Virus record (IMG/VR): IMGVR_UViG_3300025600_000040
Span: 1 to 27,719 of that record
Source of the DNA: a virus
Taxonomy: Duplodnaviria > Caudoviricetes
Length of the DNA: 27,719 bases
Reading direction: 5' to 3' (one strand)
Every line of letters starts with the position of its first letter. Position 1 is the first letter of the stretch. The translations under genes were made by a program, and so were the position numbers. Shown piece after piece: positions 1-8,436 of this stretch. The notes beneath the pieces were generated by a model, which had not been told where the DNA came from, did no database searches, and worked only from the letters and a program-made list of their open reading frames with translations.

Positions 1-16
1 CGCCCTGATTATAAAG

Positions 17-289
17 CGGAAGTAATGGTACAGCTGAGGAACCAGTAAAACCGTCGTAAGTCTATGAAATATATAGCGAATCGCGTAACACGACCCCGCT
101 AGACCAAACTTCCACTTACCTTCCGAAATTTCGATAATTTCGCCGATTACTTCCGACACCCAAAAATGACTAGCGGGGTCGTGGTACAAAACCAAATCTC
201 TTGAATGCCAATTAATGCCCAATTCAACACAGATTCAAAGAATCTTGAATTTTGCGTCCCGTGGAGCTAAGGAACTTAGCTTAGGAACC
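17..289. repeat. Putative phage left-end repeat array (candidate transposase binding sites)
   Basis: AGCTNAGGAACY at 32-43, 265-276 and 278-289; 17/18-bp inverted repeat 85-102/170-187 (core CACGACCCCGCTAG perfect); 10-bp inverted repeat 17-26/146-155. Non-coding and beyond the last terminator. Confidence 0.65.
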
Positions 290-325
290 GAGAATGCAAA
301 TATCGGTTCAACTGTTACAGAATAG

Positions 326-354
326 AAACGAGAAAAGCCCCCTTTCGGGAGCTT
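326..354 (-). terminator. Intrinsic terminator closing the leftward operon
   Basis: Minus strand reads AAGCTCCC-GAAA-GGGGGCTT followed by TTCTCGTTT, 45 nt past the last leftward ORF. Confidence 0.75.
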
Positions 355-399
355 AGATAAATCAGATGGATTGAAATTTGTTAGCCTATGTTCTATTTC

Positions 400-552
400 C
401 TATGGATTGTAGTCATACTGCCAGCCGTGAGTTCGCCCACAACGCATACAGCGATATTCCCCATATTTTGATCGTCCATTATCCACCGTTCCCTCTGGTA
501 AAAAATCATGTCCGCGCAGAAAACACCAAAGGATTTGTATTTGGTTCTTCAT
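400..552 (-). CDS. Small Cys/His phage protein (DUF1660-like, putative Zn-binding)
   Basis: Motif WCFLRGHDF...CMRCG. ATG at 552 preferred; the ORF is open to 627. Confidence 0.5.
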   Translation of the reverse strand: MKNQIQILWCFLRGHDFLPEGTVDNGRSKYGEYRCMRCGRTHGWQYDYNP

Positions 553-648
553 ACCTTTTCTTGCCCTAGGGAACATGGTTATTGCATTAGCCCAACAGCC
601 AGATTGATCGCATTGAATGTCGGTCAATCGTAGGTTAGGCTTTTCGTT

Positions 649-1323
649 TTATATCCGTTTGAACTCGATTACCCATACCCACGGGTTTTTGTACCAAGAA
701 TCGTCTCCATACAGCCCTTCCCAAGCCTTGATGAATCCAGACCGGTACGTCTTGGTATTCAGATACTGGAATGAGATATTAAGTTCGTTCTGAGGTATGT
801 GCGTATGCTCGCACAATGCAGCACAAGCAACCCCTTCGGCTTGTGCGTCGGCTTCGCTGATGTCGGCTAAGCGTTTTACCTGAACGGAAACAATCTCCAG
901 ATTGATTCGAGAAGCCCAGCGGGGCATATGGATTGATGGCGTCCATTTCCTTTTTGATGTATTCCACCACTTTTGGACTGGCGGTTTTTCGTTTATTGGC
1001 CACTCTCCTAATGTTTGGCATGTTTCGTCAGCCTTAAACTCCACAAGAGCCCTCCAAACATATGGGGAAACAGCGTTGGGGCCGATATTGATTTCATTTC
1101 CAAAGTGTAAAGATGTTTCCCGCACCCAGATCCGATCACCTGGCTGGCCGTAGGGACACGCAATCCATGCGCCCCCATCTACAGCAATGAAGTAATCCTT
1201 CCACTTGATAGCCCCTCCTAGATCTTCTGGTTGAGGCTTAAGTATCCGCCGTGACTGCGTCTTTGTCCCATCCAGAATGGCGCGAACCATCGGTGCCGAG
1301 AATAGAAGTGGACTCTCTTTCAT
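649..1323 (-). CDS. ASCH/PUA-like conserved phage protein
   Basis: Family motifs FSAPMVRAILDGxKTQSRR, CPYGQPGDRIWVRET, PSIHMPRWASRI, DISEADAQAEG, NPWVWVIEF. Confidence 0.85.
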   Translation of the reverse strand: MKESPLLFSAPMVRAILDGTKTQSRRILKPQPEDLGGAIKWKDYFIAVDGGAWIACPYGQPGDRIWVRETSLHFGNEINIGPNAVSPYVWRALVEFKADETCQTLGEWPINEKPPVQKWWNTSKRKWTPSIHMPRWASRINLEIVSVQVKRLADISEADAQAEGVACAALCEHTHIPQNELNISFQYLNTKTYRSGFIKAWEGLYGDDSWYKNPWVWVIEFKRI

Positions 1324-1430
1324 TATTTATACCCCATGGAGATACTTGCAAGTGCTGAAACTGTGACCGCCATTGCCGTTATAAGCAATAGGGAGTAGGT
1401 GAAAATGGCGAATTTTACCCATTTTTCCAT
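1323..1430 (-). CDS. 35-aa single-TM membrane peptide (not in ORF track)
   Basis: MEKWVKFAIFTYSLLLITAMAVTVSALASISMGYK; GAGGT Shine-Dalgarno upstream; TAATG stop/start overlap with the next gene. Confidence 0.7.
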   Translation of the reverse strand: MEKWVKFAIFTYSLLLITAMAVTVSALASISMGYK

Positions 1431-1461
1431 GATTACCTCGTCGAATGTGGAGTGGAATTAA

Positions 1462-1500
1462 TGCGGATCCGGGAGTCGAACCCGGTGAACCATTTCCGCA
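1462..1500 (-). ncRNA. tRNA-like minihelix (acceptor-like stem plus T arm; no D or anticodon arm)
   Basis: TGCGGAA-ATGGTTCA-CCGGG-TTCGACT-CCCGG-ATCCGCA: canonical 5-bp T stem with TTCGANT loop, stacked on a 6/7-bp closing stem. Confidence 0.5.
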
Positions 1501-1505
1501 AAGCG

Positions 1506-1555
1506 CCCCGCACGGCACACACAACCAGAACCAACCAACCGTGCGGGGACTTTTT
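1506..1555. other. 10-bp perfect hairpin with 23-nt loop; T-run follows on + strand (possible + strand terminator)
   Basis: CCCCGCACGG (1506-1515) pairs with CCGTGCGGGG (1539-1548), followed by ACTTTTT. Confidence 0.55.
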
Positions 1556-1590
1556 ACAGAATATCAGCCAAGCCGTGCAAGGACTTTAGA

Positions 1591-2448
1591 TCAGGCCTCC
1601 GCTCCAACACGCAACCATTGCAATACCTCATCCCGTCTCATTTTCCATAGTCCAGTCCATATACTCTGGTAATATGACGTCGCCGTAATGTCGTCCATTT
1701 CGATGGTCTTTAAGAGTACTGGCTCAATCCTTAAGTATGCAGCCCCTAGAATTGCCTGTGCCTGGAAGGTTGCGAGTTCTTCATTACCTGTGAGCATTGT
1801 TTCAATGAGCGGTTTCACCCACTGGAGCTCAAGCATCATGCCGCCAACCTTTGGGTCATCCCATTTGTCGCCGTTTGTGCCTAAGGAAAGGCATTGAATC
1901 TGGTTAAGATTCCAGCCTAGTTTGGATATGCAACCCGCGATACCAATCATGGAAGGGTTATTTGCAATTAGGCCGCCGTCTCCATAGTGCCCGCCCTCGG
2001 CAATTGGGAAATAGGTTGGTGCAGATGCGCTTGCAACGATCGCATCACGTACTAAGGTTCCTTCGCTTGTATCGAAGATCTTAGGACGGCCTTTCTGGAA
2101 GTCGAATGCAGTAATAAATGTGGGGTAACACAATTTATCCATGCGCATGTCGCCAAAATACCGTCGCGCAGCTTCGCGAAGCGCTGTGCCATCATAGCGA
2201 GGCCGTCCAGGATTCAAGCGCCATGCCCATGGTGCTGGAGAAAAGATGCGTGGGCACTCCTTACGGAATATGAGCATGATTTCATCCCATGACATTCCAT
2301 TTGCCGCCAAAGCAACAAGCAAGGCCCCTACTGAAGTACCCGAATAGGCCTTCGCAGGGATTTTGGTTTCTCGTTCCATGTTTGCGAGAAGAGTTGCAGG
2401 ACCAATACCTAACGCTCCGCCTCCATCAATGCTCAATAACAGGTTCAT
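1591..2448 (-). CDS. Patatin-like phospholipase
   Basis: DGGGALG glycine loop, GTSVG nucleophile motif, ASASAPTYF, DGGLIANNP catalytic Asp, LSLGT. Confidence 0.95.
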   Translation of the reverse strand: MNLLLSIDGGGALGIGPATLLANMERETKIPAKAYSGTSVGALLVALAANGMSWDEIMLIFRKECPRIFSPAPWAWRLNPGRPRYDGTALREAARRYFGDMRMDKLCYPTFITAFDFQKGRPKIFDTSEGTLVRDAIVASASAPTYFPIAEGGHYGDGGLIANNPSMIGIAGCISKLGWNLNQIQCLSLGTNGDKWDDPKVGGMMLELQWVKPLIETMLTGNEELATFQAQAILGAAYLRIEPVLLKTIEMDDITATSYYQSIWTGLWKMRRDEVLQWLRVGAEA

Positions 2449-2855
2449 TTTACCTCCGTTGGGTTCGTAATCGTGATTGAAATTGGTTCCTTGCAGTCGA
2501 TTAGTCGGCTAGTGAACTTGGGCGAAGCCGACTTGGAAATGATTTGCGTTGTTACGTTAAGATTGAAGCCGACCAGGATGCATCCGTCCGTATCTGCATC
2601 GGTATTTCCTCCGTGTAGGCGGATTCCTGCGAAGCCAGGCACGGCAAGGATCAGGGGCATAAGTTTCTTGAATCGCGTGGACCATGACACTACGACCTTG
2701 TACTTGCCTTGAGGGATTGCGGTCTTGCCTGGAATCTTTATGCCTGGCGCACGAACGGTATCTTCAAGCGTGTAACAAAAAAATATAGAGTCGATGAACA
2801 GCCGCCCGATTGTCTTCGCGGGATGGAGTTTGATTCGTTCTAAATGGAGGTTCAC
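2445..2855 (-). CDS. DUF5675 family protein, putative endolysin (L,D-transpeptidase-like His/Cys)
   Basis: TIGRL, CYTLED, TAIPQGKY, GIRLHGGNT..DTDGCILVG motifs. Confidence 0.85.
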   Translation of the reverse strand: MNLHLERIKLHPAKTIGRLFIDSIFFCYTLEDTVRAPGIKIPGKTAIPQGKYKVVVSWSTRFKKLMPLILAVPGFAGIRLHGGNTDADTDGCILVGFNLNVTTQIISKSASPKFTSRLIDCKEPISITITNPTEVK

Positions 2856-3136
2856 GATATTCCCTTGACCATGCCAATGATCTTGTCGAAGTTGAAGTAC
2901 ACGCTGAAATTCAGGACTGCGGCAGCGAGCCCGTAGACCAGTTGGTTGACGCCTGAGGTACGGTATCCCCAGACGGCTGCGCCAATATTCAGTGCGATCA
3001 TTGCTACGGCGAACCAGTTGAATCCCGATGGCAGGTGAAGCGCGTCGCTAGATGCAGCGACCATGCATACGGCGATGGCTTCAATGCCGATTGAAATCAG
3101 CAGGATTCCTACGATGATATGGGTGTTCGTCGTCAT
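2852..3136 (-). CDS. Small 3-TM membrane protein, putative holin
   Basis: 94 aa with three hydrophobic segments; ATG at 3136 overlaps the upstream stop (TAATG); directly upstream of DUF5675. Confidence 0.6.
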   Translation of the reverse strand: MTTNTHIIVGILLISIGIEAIAVCMVAASSDALHLPSGFNWFAVAMIALNIGAAVWGYRTSGVNQLVYGLAAAVLNFSVYFNFDKIIGMVKGIS

Positions 3137-3756
3137 TACATTGCCGAGAAGTTGAGGTTTGCGGTGGTCCACTGCTCGGATCCACTTTCAAGGATCTCTT
3201 TGCGCCGTACCTTGAGGTATTGCTTGGTTCCGCGCACCTGCATGCTGTGGCGGATTAGGTCCATAGCCTCTTTCCAGCGGGCATCTTTGATTTCATAGCC
3301 GAGAAGTCGGACGATCATGCCTTTATTGACGTTGCCCTTCTTATCAAGGTTGAATGCCTGGCGCACGATCATGGCGATCTCATCGCGGGACCCTTCCGAC
3401 CATTCGGTGAGGCATGCGTCGATCTTGGTCTTGGCAAGACTGAGGCGCTCATCAAAGTCAATCAGGTCATTGATTGCGATATCCACCTGCTTGTCGCCCG
3501 AGAAATTCGTAAGGGTCAGATTTCCTTTGCCTTCCCGCTTGGCATTACACTCTTTTTCGAGACCGACCAGGTAGGATTCAATGCGGTCGAGAACGGCCAC
3601 TTTTGCTTTCTGCATCTGTGCTTCGAGCTTGTCGACTATTGCGTGGATGTCTTCCACGGCCTTGTCGCGCTGACGTTCGATGGTTGGGATATACTTCTGT
3701 GGTATGCCTTTTCCGCGTGGGTCGAGCCAGTTGCCTTTTTCGTCTTTCTTAGCCAT
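3136..3756 (-). CDS. DUF3164 family Mu-like phage protein
   Basis: WLDPRG..IP, KGNLTLTNFSG, FDERL..AK.KID.CL.EWSEG, AF..DKKG, W.EAM..I motifs. Confidence 0.88.
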   Translation of the reverse strand: MAKKDEKGNWLDPRGKGIPQKYIPTIERQRDKAVEDIHAIVDKLEAQMQKAKVAVLDRIESYLVGLEKECNAKREGKGNLTLTNFSGDKQVDIAINDLIDFDERLSLAKTKIDACLTEWSEGSRDEIAMIVRQAFNLDKKGNVNKGMIVRLLGYEIKDARWKEAMDLIRHSMQVRGTKQYLKVRRKEILESGSEQWTTANLNFSAM

Positions 3757-4210
3757 GAGAGGCCTCCGTTTGTGGTTTGTTTGTGACTTTGATGGATTGG
3801 ATTGCTTTAAGGATTGGCCCTACCTGCGTGGGGCTGATCCATTCGATGGAAGGGATTGAGAACCGGTTCTTCAAAAACTTCTGGAACGCTGCTTGCTTCT
3901 CGGGGAGCGTGTGCATGTAAGAGATCTCGACAAAGGCCGCTTCGAGCATGCGGATCTGCCTGGGACTGGCAAAGCCGTCGCCTCGGGCACTCAAGTCTTC
4001 GTAGCGCTTCGTCGCCTTCGCTGGTGCGGAGGTCTTGGGGCACATAGAGAGAAGGTCGGCACACAAAGTGCGGCACTGCAAGCCCGTGAGATCCTTACTC
4101 GATGCAGCTCCAAACTTGTCTTTGAGCATGTCGCGGTACTGGTCGTCGCTCATTCCTACGCGATTCACCAAGGCGTGTATTGAGCGGGTGTATGGTGTTG
4201 TCGCGCTCAT
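3749..4210 (-). CDS. gemA: GemA / Mu gp16 (DUF1018) family regulator
   Basis: IH...GMSDDQYRDML...G..SSKDLT and Q.RM.EA motifs; located downstream of MuB. Confidence 0.88.
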   Translation of the reverse strand: MSATTPYTRSIHALVNRVGMSDDQYRDMLKDKFGAASSKDLTGLQCRTLCADLLSMCPKTSAPAKATKRYEDLSARGDGFASPRQIRMLEAAFVEISYMHTLPEKQAAFQKFLKNRFSIPSIEWISPTQVGPILKAIQSIKVTNKPQTEASHG

Positions 4211-5097
4211 GCTGCAACCAGCATTTCAGAAGCTTTCTGCACGATCTCAGGAGTGAGGTCGGACAGGCTGTTTCTGCTGAGAAGATCTGAACACCACATG
4301 AGCAGGAAGGACAAGACTCGGGCATTGCGTCCGCAGGCCTTGCGTAGTGCGGTCAGTGTTGCTTTGTCTACGTCGGGCTGGTCTTGAGCAATGAGTGCAT
4401 CCATGTCAGTATCTGTTAATCCTGATACGCGGCGCGGTATGAACAGGCGTCGGTACAGCTGGGCATAGTGGGTTGGGTCTCCCTTAAGGTTCTTCTCGAG
4501 GCGAGGCATTCCGCAAAGGGCAATGCCTACCTTTGCTTTGTCGTTCACGCGGCGAATTAATTCCAGTGCCCGATAGGGCAACTGCTCGGCCTCGTCAATG
4601 ATCACCAGGCGTCCGGATCCGCGTAGTTTGTTCACCACGCGGTTAAACAAATCGTGAAGGCTGCCACGGGTATCAAGGTTCACTGCATCGCAGATGTCAA
4701 TGAATAGGGCTCGGGCGGTATAGCCGGGATCCGCTTCGATCAGTATCACCGCAGGATGCCTCTTTGCATAGGCCTGCAAGGCTGTTGTTTTACCCACTCC
4801 TGAGTCGCCCGTGAGCATCCCCATGGATCGTTTTTGCAACACCAGGGTGCAATAGGCATGGATTGCCTTGTAGGTGCTTGTCTCGATGGCGTCGCGGTCT
4901 CCGGTGTCCTGCTGCTCCCTCGCATTGGCCAGGTAGTCGGCGACGAGCTTGTCGATTTCGGCGACATCGCCCTCATACTTGCCTTTGAGCCAGTAGTTCA
5001 ATGCCGAGGCGCTGCGACCAATGGATTTGGCAACAGCGGACTGCGTGGTATTGGCTGATTCGATATGGGAGATCAGTTTGATTTGTAGAGTTTCCAT
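4207..5097 (-). CDS. muB: MuB-like AAA+ transposition ATPase with N-terminal HTH
   Basis: N-terminal HTH (TQSAVAKSIGRSASALNYWLKGKY), Walker A GDSGVGKT, Walker B IIDEAE; adjacent to the transposase. Confidence 0.95.
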   Translation of the reverse strand: METLQIKLISHIESANTTQSAVAKSIGRSASALNYWLKGKYEGDVAEIDKLVADYLANAREQQDTGDRDAIETSTYKAIHAYCTLVLQKRSMGMLTGDSGVGKTTALQAYAKRHPAVILIEADPGYTARALFIDICDAVNLDTRGSLHDLFNRVVNKLRGSGRLVIIDEAEQLPYRALELIRRVNDKAKVGIALCGMPRLEKNLKGDPTHYAQLYRRLFIPRRVSGLTDTDMDALIAQDQPDVDKATLTALRKACGRNARVLSFLLMWCSDLLSRNSLSDLTPEIVQKASEMLVAA

Positions 5098-5105
5098 AAT
5101 ATTCC

Positions 5106-7064
5106 TTATGCCTGTTTTGCGAGCGGAAGTTCATCCGGCCACACGATCAGGATTGGTTTGTTGTCTTCTGGTTTTACGAACTGTGAGAGATCTATTTTGC
5201 CGATTTTGGCTTCGGTGGCTAGGGTCTTCGCGTCATGGTCGTGGCGGGTCAATTGTGTCGCTCCTGTACATGGGTTCAGAATATTCGGGATCCCAAGTGC
5301 TGTATTAGTGGCATGCAGGATTTCGCGTGCCTGGTCCTTGGTCGCATCGGGTACCATTTCACGAACCATCTTCTCGGCACGCTTGGTGCGTGCAATGTTC
5401 TCTGCAAGCTGGGTCTTTCCGACCGCATCGCCATGGCTCACCAAGGCCTCCACGGCCTGCCAGAGCATTGCCTCGCCCATGAGAACCCCGTCTGCTCCAT
5501 GCACCCAGGCAATGCGCAAGTCTTCGGGGTCGTAGCGCAAGACCACGTCGCGACCCTGGTTGACTGGCATGAACTCAGCCCAATACCAGCACTGCAGTTC
5601 GCGCAGGTAGAATCCTTGGCGGCGGATCTTTCCGGCTGCGGTGCGGGTGGTAAGCATGCTTGCCGTTTCTTGGGTAACGCGACGCATTTCGGGGCGCTGG
5701 ACTATCAGTTCGTTCCACAGGGCCGAGCGGGAAAGGCCATGGTGATTCTTTCCCTGGCACTTGATCGCTGAGAACGTCTCGGCCATGAACTGATTGGCGA
5801 GTATCTGAAAGTCTTCCCAGGCGATGTACTTGCCGCTCTTGAGTACCTTCTTCAAAATCTCCGGCTTCTCAAGGACATTGCCGCCTTTGTAGCTGCTGAA
5901 TGCCTTGTCGAAGTAGCCTTTGATCGTCAGGAAGTTGCGTTCAATGATCTTGGACTGGGCGCGTTGCACAATGGCGAAATGGATCTTGATGTTCAGGCGG
6001 ACGGCGAGGGATTCAGCACGTTGCGTATCCTCACAAATGCGATGGCCGCGAGTCTGGCCGGAAAAGTCTTTATTGCGGTACTCGCGACCATTGTCGAGGT
6101 ACAGTTCATCGGGAAGGCCGTATTTTTCAATGCCGTTGCGGATGGCACGCAGCGTGTTGTCTGTGCTGGGTGCCGATGTATGCAGGTGCCAGCCCATGGG
6201 CATGCTGGTGCGCATATCCACAAAAAGGGTGATGTAACAGGTCTGCGGAGCCTCTTGCCCGTTGATTTTCACGAACACATCCCAGGTACGGGTATCGCCT
6301 ACCCATACTGAACCTGCAGGCATGGTATAGACTCGCTCGATATGTACCCCGTGGGCGTCGTTGTAGCGCTTTCGCCCCTTCCGGGCATACGCAAGCAATG
6401 CCTCGTCAAGTTCGCGGTTCACGCGGCGCTGGAAGGCGTGTACGCTGGGGAATGATTCACGATCCGTCACCAGTCCATCATCCATGCATTTACCTAGGGC
6501 AATTTCGCGGGCAACCGGCACCGAAGGGGCACTGGGGCGCAGGTATGCCCATTTGAAAGCTTCCCACATGGAGTCACTGACGGTGGAACTCACGATCCGT
6601 GTCGGAGCAAGCAGGCTCAGGCGCCCAAACTCGGTGATCTGGGCACGGGTACGGTAGATGCTTTGCGCGCTCACTGCCATCTCGGGGTTCGAGCGGCTCC
6701 AGCTCTGCGCCCAGGCCTCCAGTTCCATACGCCCTGATACGCCTTCACAGCGTGACAGAATCTGCGACCACTTGTCGGCATGGCGTTTGGCGCGGGAGTT
6801 GGCCTTGGCGTACACGTTGGCGTAAGCGTCGGTATCCTCTTCGATGACCTTCACTTCAGGGATCTCGGGAAGGTTCTCGATCTGGTAACGAACAACGGCA
6901 TCATGCGGAAGGCTTGCGAGGCGTACTTCCATGCTCTTGCCTGTTGCACCAGATACAATGCGGGTTTCCCACATGCGCTTGCCCTTGACCACGGCGCGAG
7001 GCGTGATATCCATGGTCTTGGCGGCATCTTCGGTACTGATCCAAAGGTTCATGATGCCACTCAT
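5106..7064 (-). CDS. muA: MuA-like DDE transposase
   Basis: N-terminal Mu-type DNA-binding domain; catalytic WVGDT, YLDNGREY, SKIIERNF; C-terminal RYDPEDL. Confidence 0.95.
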   Translation of the reverse strand: MSGIMNLWISTEDAAKTMDITPRAVVKGKRMWETRIVSGATGKSMEVRLASLPHDAVVRYQIENLPEIPEVKVIEEDTDAYANVYAKANSRAKRHADKWSQILSRCEGVSGRMELEAWAQSWSRSNPEMAVSAQSIYRTRAQITEFGRLSLLAPTRIVSSTVSDSMWEAFKWAYLRPSAPSVPVAREIALGKCMDDGLVTDRESFPSVHAFQRRVNRELDEALLAYARKGRKRYNDAHGVHIERVYTMPAGSVWVGDTRTWDVFVKINGQEAPQTCYITLFVDMRTSMPMGWHLHTSAPSTDNTLRAIRNGIEKYGLPDELYLDNGREYRNKDFSGQTRGHRICEDTQRAESLAVRLNIKIHFAIVQRAQSKIIERNFLTIKGYFDKAFSSYKGGNVLEKPEILKKVLKSGKYIAWEDFQILANQFMAETFSAIKCQGKNHHGLSRSALWNELIVQRPEMRRVTQETASMLTTRTAAGKIRRQGFYLRELQCWYWAEFMPVNQGRDVVLRYDPEDLRIAWVHGADGVLMGEAMLWQAVEALVSHGDAVGKTQLAENIARTKRAEKMVREMVPDATKDQAREILHATNTALGIPNILNPCTGATQLTRHDHDAKTLATEAKIGKIDLSQFVKPEDNKPILIVWPDELPLAKQA

Positions 7065-7237
7065 GGGGCCAGCTCCTTTGACTTGCCGATTGGCTTGCCG
7101 ATGATGAGGCGTGCGAGCTCATCCCAGCAGTCCTTGGCGTGGCATACTGGAAATCCATTCAATGTCCTGCTCATTGGCGCGTTATAGCAGACACAGCACC
7201 AAAGGCGGGGAGAGTTTGAATACGGAAAGCCCTTCAT
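7061..7237 (-). CDS. 58-aa Cys-rich protein (not in ORF track)
   Basis: MKGFPYSNSPRLWCCVCYNAP...PVCHAKDCW...; ATGA overlaps at both ends. Confidence 0.7.
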   Translation of the reverse strand: MKGFPYSNSPRLWCCVCYNAPMSRTLNGFPVCHAKDCWDELARLIIGKPIGKSKELAP

Positions 7238-7548
7238 TGTTGCGCCTCTGCGGGGATGAAGCGGTCGTCGTCTTGAATGGGTGTTGAACTTGACTTCAAG
7301 GCCTCTAGCATGAGATCCCTTGATATTGTCAGGTGAGTAAGGGATTGAGCGAGGGTGTGCAAGCTTACTTGCGGATAATCTCTTGTTAGAAATTGTAAAG
7401 AATCAGCTAGCCTTTGGAATTCCAGCTTCAGAAGGATGTCAATGCTTCGCTTGCGCATTCCGCGACGTTCGATGCGACGCTCGTAGCGGTTGGTTTTTGA
7501 ATAGTTTTCTTGTGAGTTATGCATGTGGTTGGTCTCCGAGTATTTCAA
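7234..7548 (-). CDS. Hypothetical protein (start uncertain)
   Basis: Fills the gap in the operon; ATGA coupling at its 3' end. Confidence 0.6.
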   Translation of the reverse strand: MKYSETNHMHNSQENYSKTNRYERRIERRGMRKRSIDILLKLEFQRLADSLQFLTRDYPQVSLHTLAQSLTHLTISRDLMLEALKSSSTPIQDDDRFIPAEAQQ

Positions 7549-7549
7549 T

Positions 7550-7879
7550 TCAGGTGGTTACTGAGTGTTCGAACTTGGGGTGAATATTGCCGATGTGCGT
7601 GATCACTAATTGCGCCCACCGCCCGTGCATGGTGTAGTAGCGCAAGGTTGCTTTTGCGGACGGGATGTTGACGCAACCCTTGTATTCGTTGCAATATCCT
7701 GTGGCTTCGCCGACATCGCCAAACAGCACGAAGCCTCTATAGACCTGCGGCAGCTCGCGTAAGGGGCCGAGCGTAACATCGTCGATGTCGGATTCCGTGA
7801 GGATTGAGAACGGTCGCTGTTCTGTTTCTATTGCACAGAACACGCCTTCACTGTTCTGGTATTCAAATGAGCGGATCAT
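7550..7879 (-). CDS. Hypothetical protein
   Basis: ATGA overlap with the upstream gene; GAGG Shine-Dalgarno. Confidence 0.7.
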   Translation of the reverse strand: MIRSFEYQNSEGVFCAIETEQRPFSILTESDIDDVTLGPLRELPQVYRGFVLFGDVGEATGYCNEYKGCVNIPSAKATLRYYTMHGRWAQLVITHIGNIHPKFEHSVTT

Positions 7880-8436
7880 TGTGCATCCTCTACAGTATTA
7901 TTTTGCATGCATCCAAAGGAGATTGCGTGATTTATGATTCTCATCAGGTGAACAGCCTGTGCTATGGCATCTTCAAGTGCATTATGGGGATTATCTGGCT
8001 TGCTGAAAGGGATGGTATGGAATAGCTTGCGCATGGTTCGGTAGCAGCGGTTCTGGCGGAAGTTCCATGGCACAGGGTAACCGAGTATCTGGTAGGCTTC
8101 TGCGAGCAGAACATTATCAAAGTCCGAGCCGTTGCCCCAGATTTCTGTGTCTGCTGGGAACTGTTCGATCCATGCGCGGAAGTCCATGAACACCTGCCCG
8201 ATGCCTTTGCTTTCTTTGCTGAATTCCGCACGTGCCTCGTTGCTTTGTTTCATCCACCATAGGACAGCGTCAGCGTCGATCTTTAGGCCACACTCTACTG
8301 CGCTTTTAAGGTCGATGGTTTGATAGAATTGATTGCATGAGTCACGGGGGCCTTTGAATGCGACTGCGCCAATGGCGGTGATTGCAGCACCTGGCCTGGT
8401 ACCTAGGGTTTCGAGATCGAGCATGATACGGATCAT
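7876..8436 (-). CDS. DEDDh 3'-5' exonuclease (Rv2179c/DUF5051-like)
   Basis: MLDLETLG, IGAV, WGNGSDFDNVLL, CYRT, HNALEDA motifs; GGAGG Shine-Dalgarno before ATG 8436. Confidence 0.92.
   Translation of the reverse strand: MIRIMLDLETLGTRPGAAITAIGAVAFKGPRDSCNQFYQTIDLKSAVECGLKIDADAVLWWMKQSNEARAEFSKESKGIGQVFMDFRAWIEQFPADTEIWGNGSDFDNVLLAEAYQILGYPVPWNFRQNRCYRTMRKLFHTIPFSKPDNPHNALEDAIAQAVHLMRIINHAISFGCMQNNTVEDAQ

Noticed and set aside
1-48. Open frame RPDYKAEVMVQLRNQ* as the tail of a host gene
   Set aside because: Only 15 codons, and it contains two of the end-repeat motifs, so it is more likely non-coding phage end DNA.
1462-1500. Bona fide tRNA gene or tRNA att site
   Set aside because: No D arm, anticodon arm or CCA, and no integrase in the window; kept only as a tRNA-like element.
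1591-2448. CBASS defence operon
   Set aside because: The patatin resembles CapV, but no CD-NTase or Cap2/Cap3 gene is present nearby.
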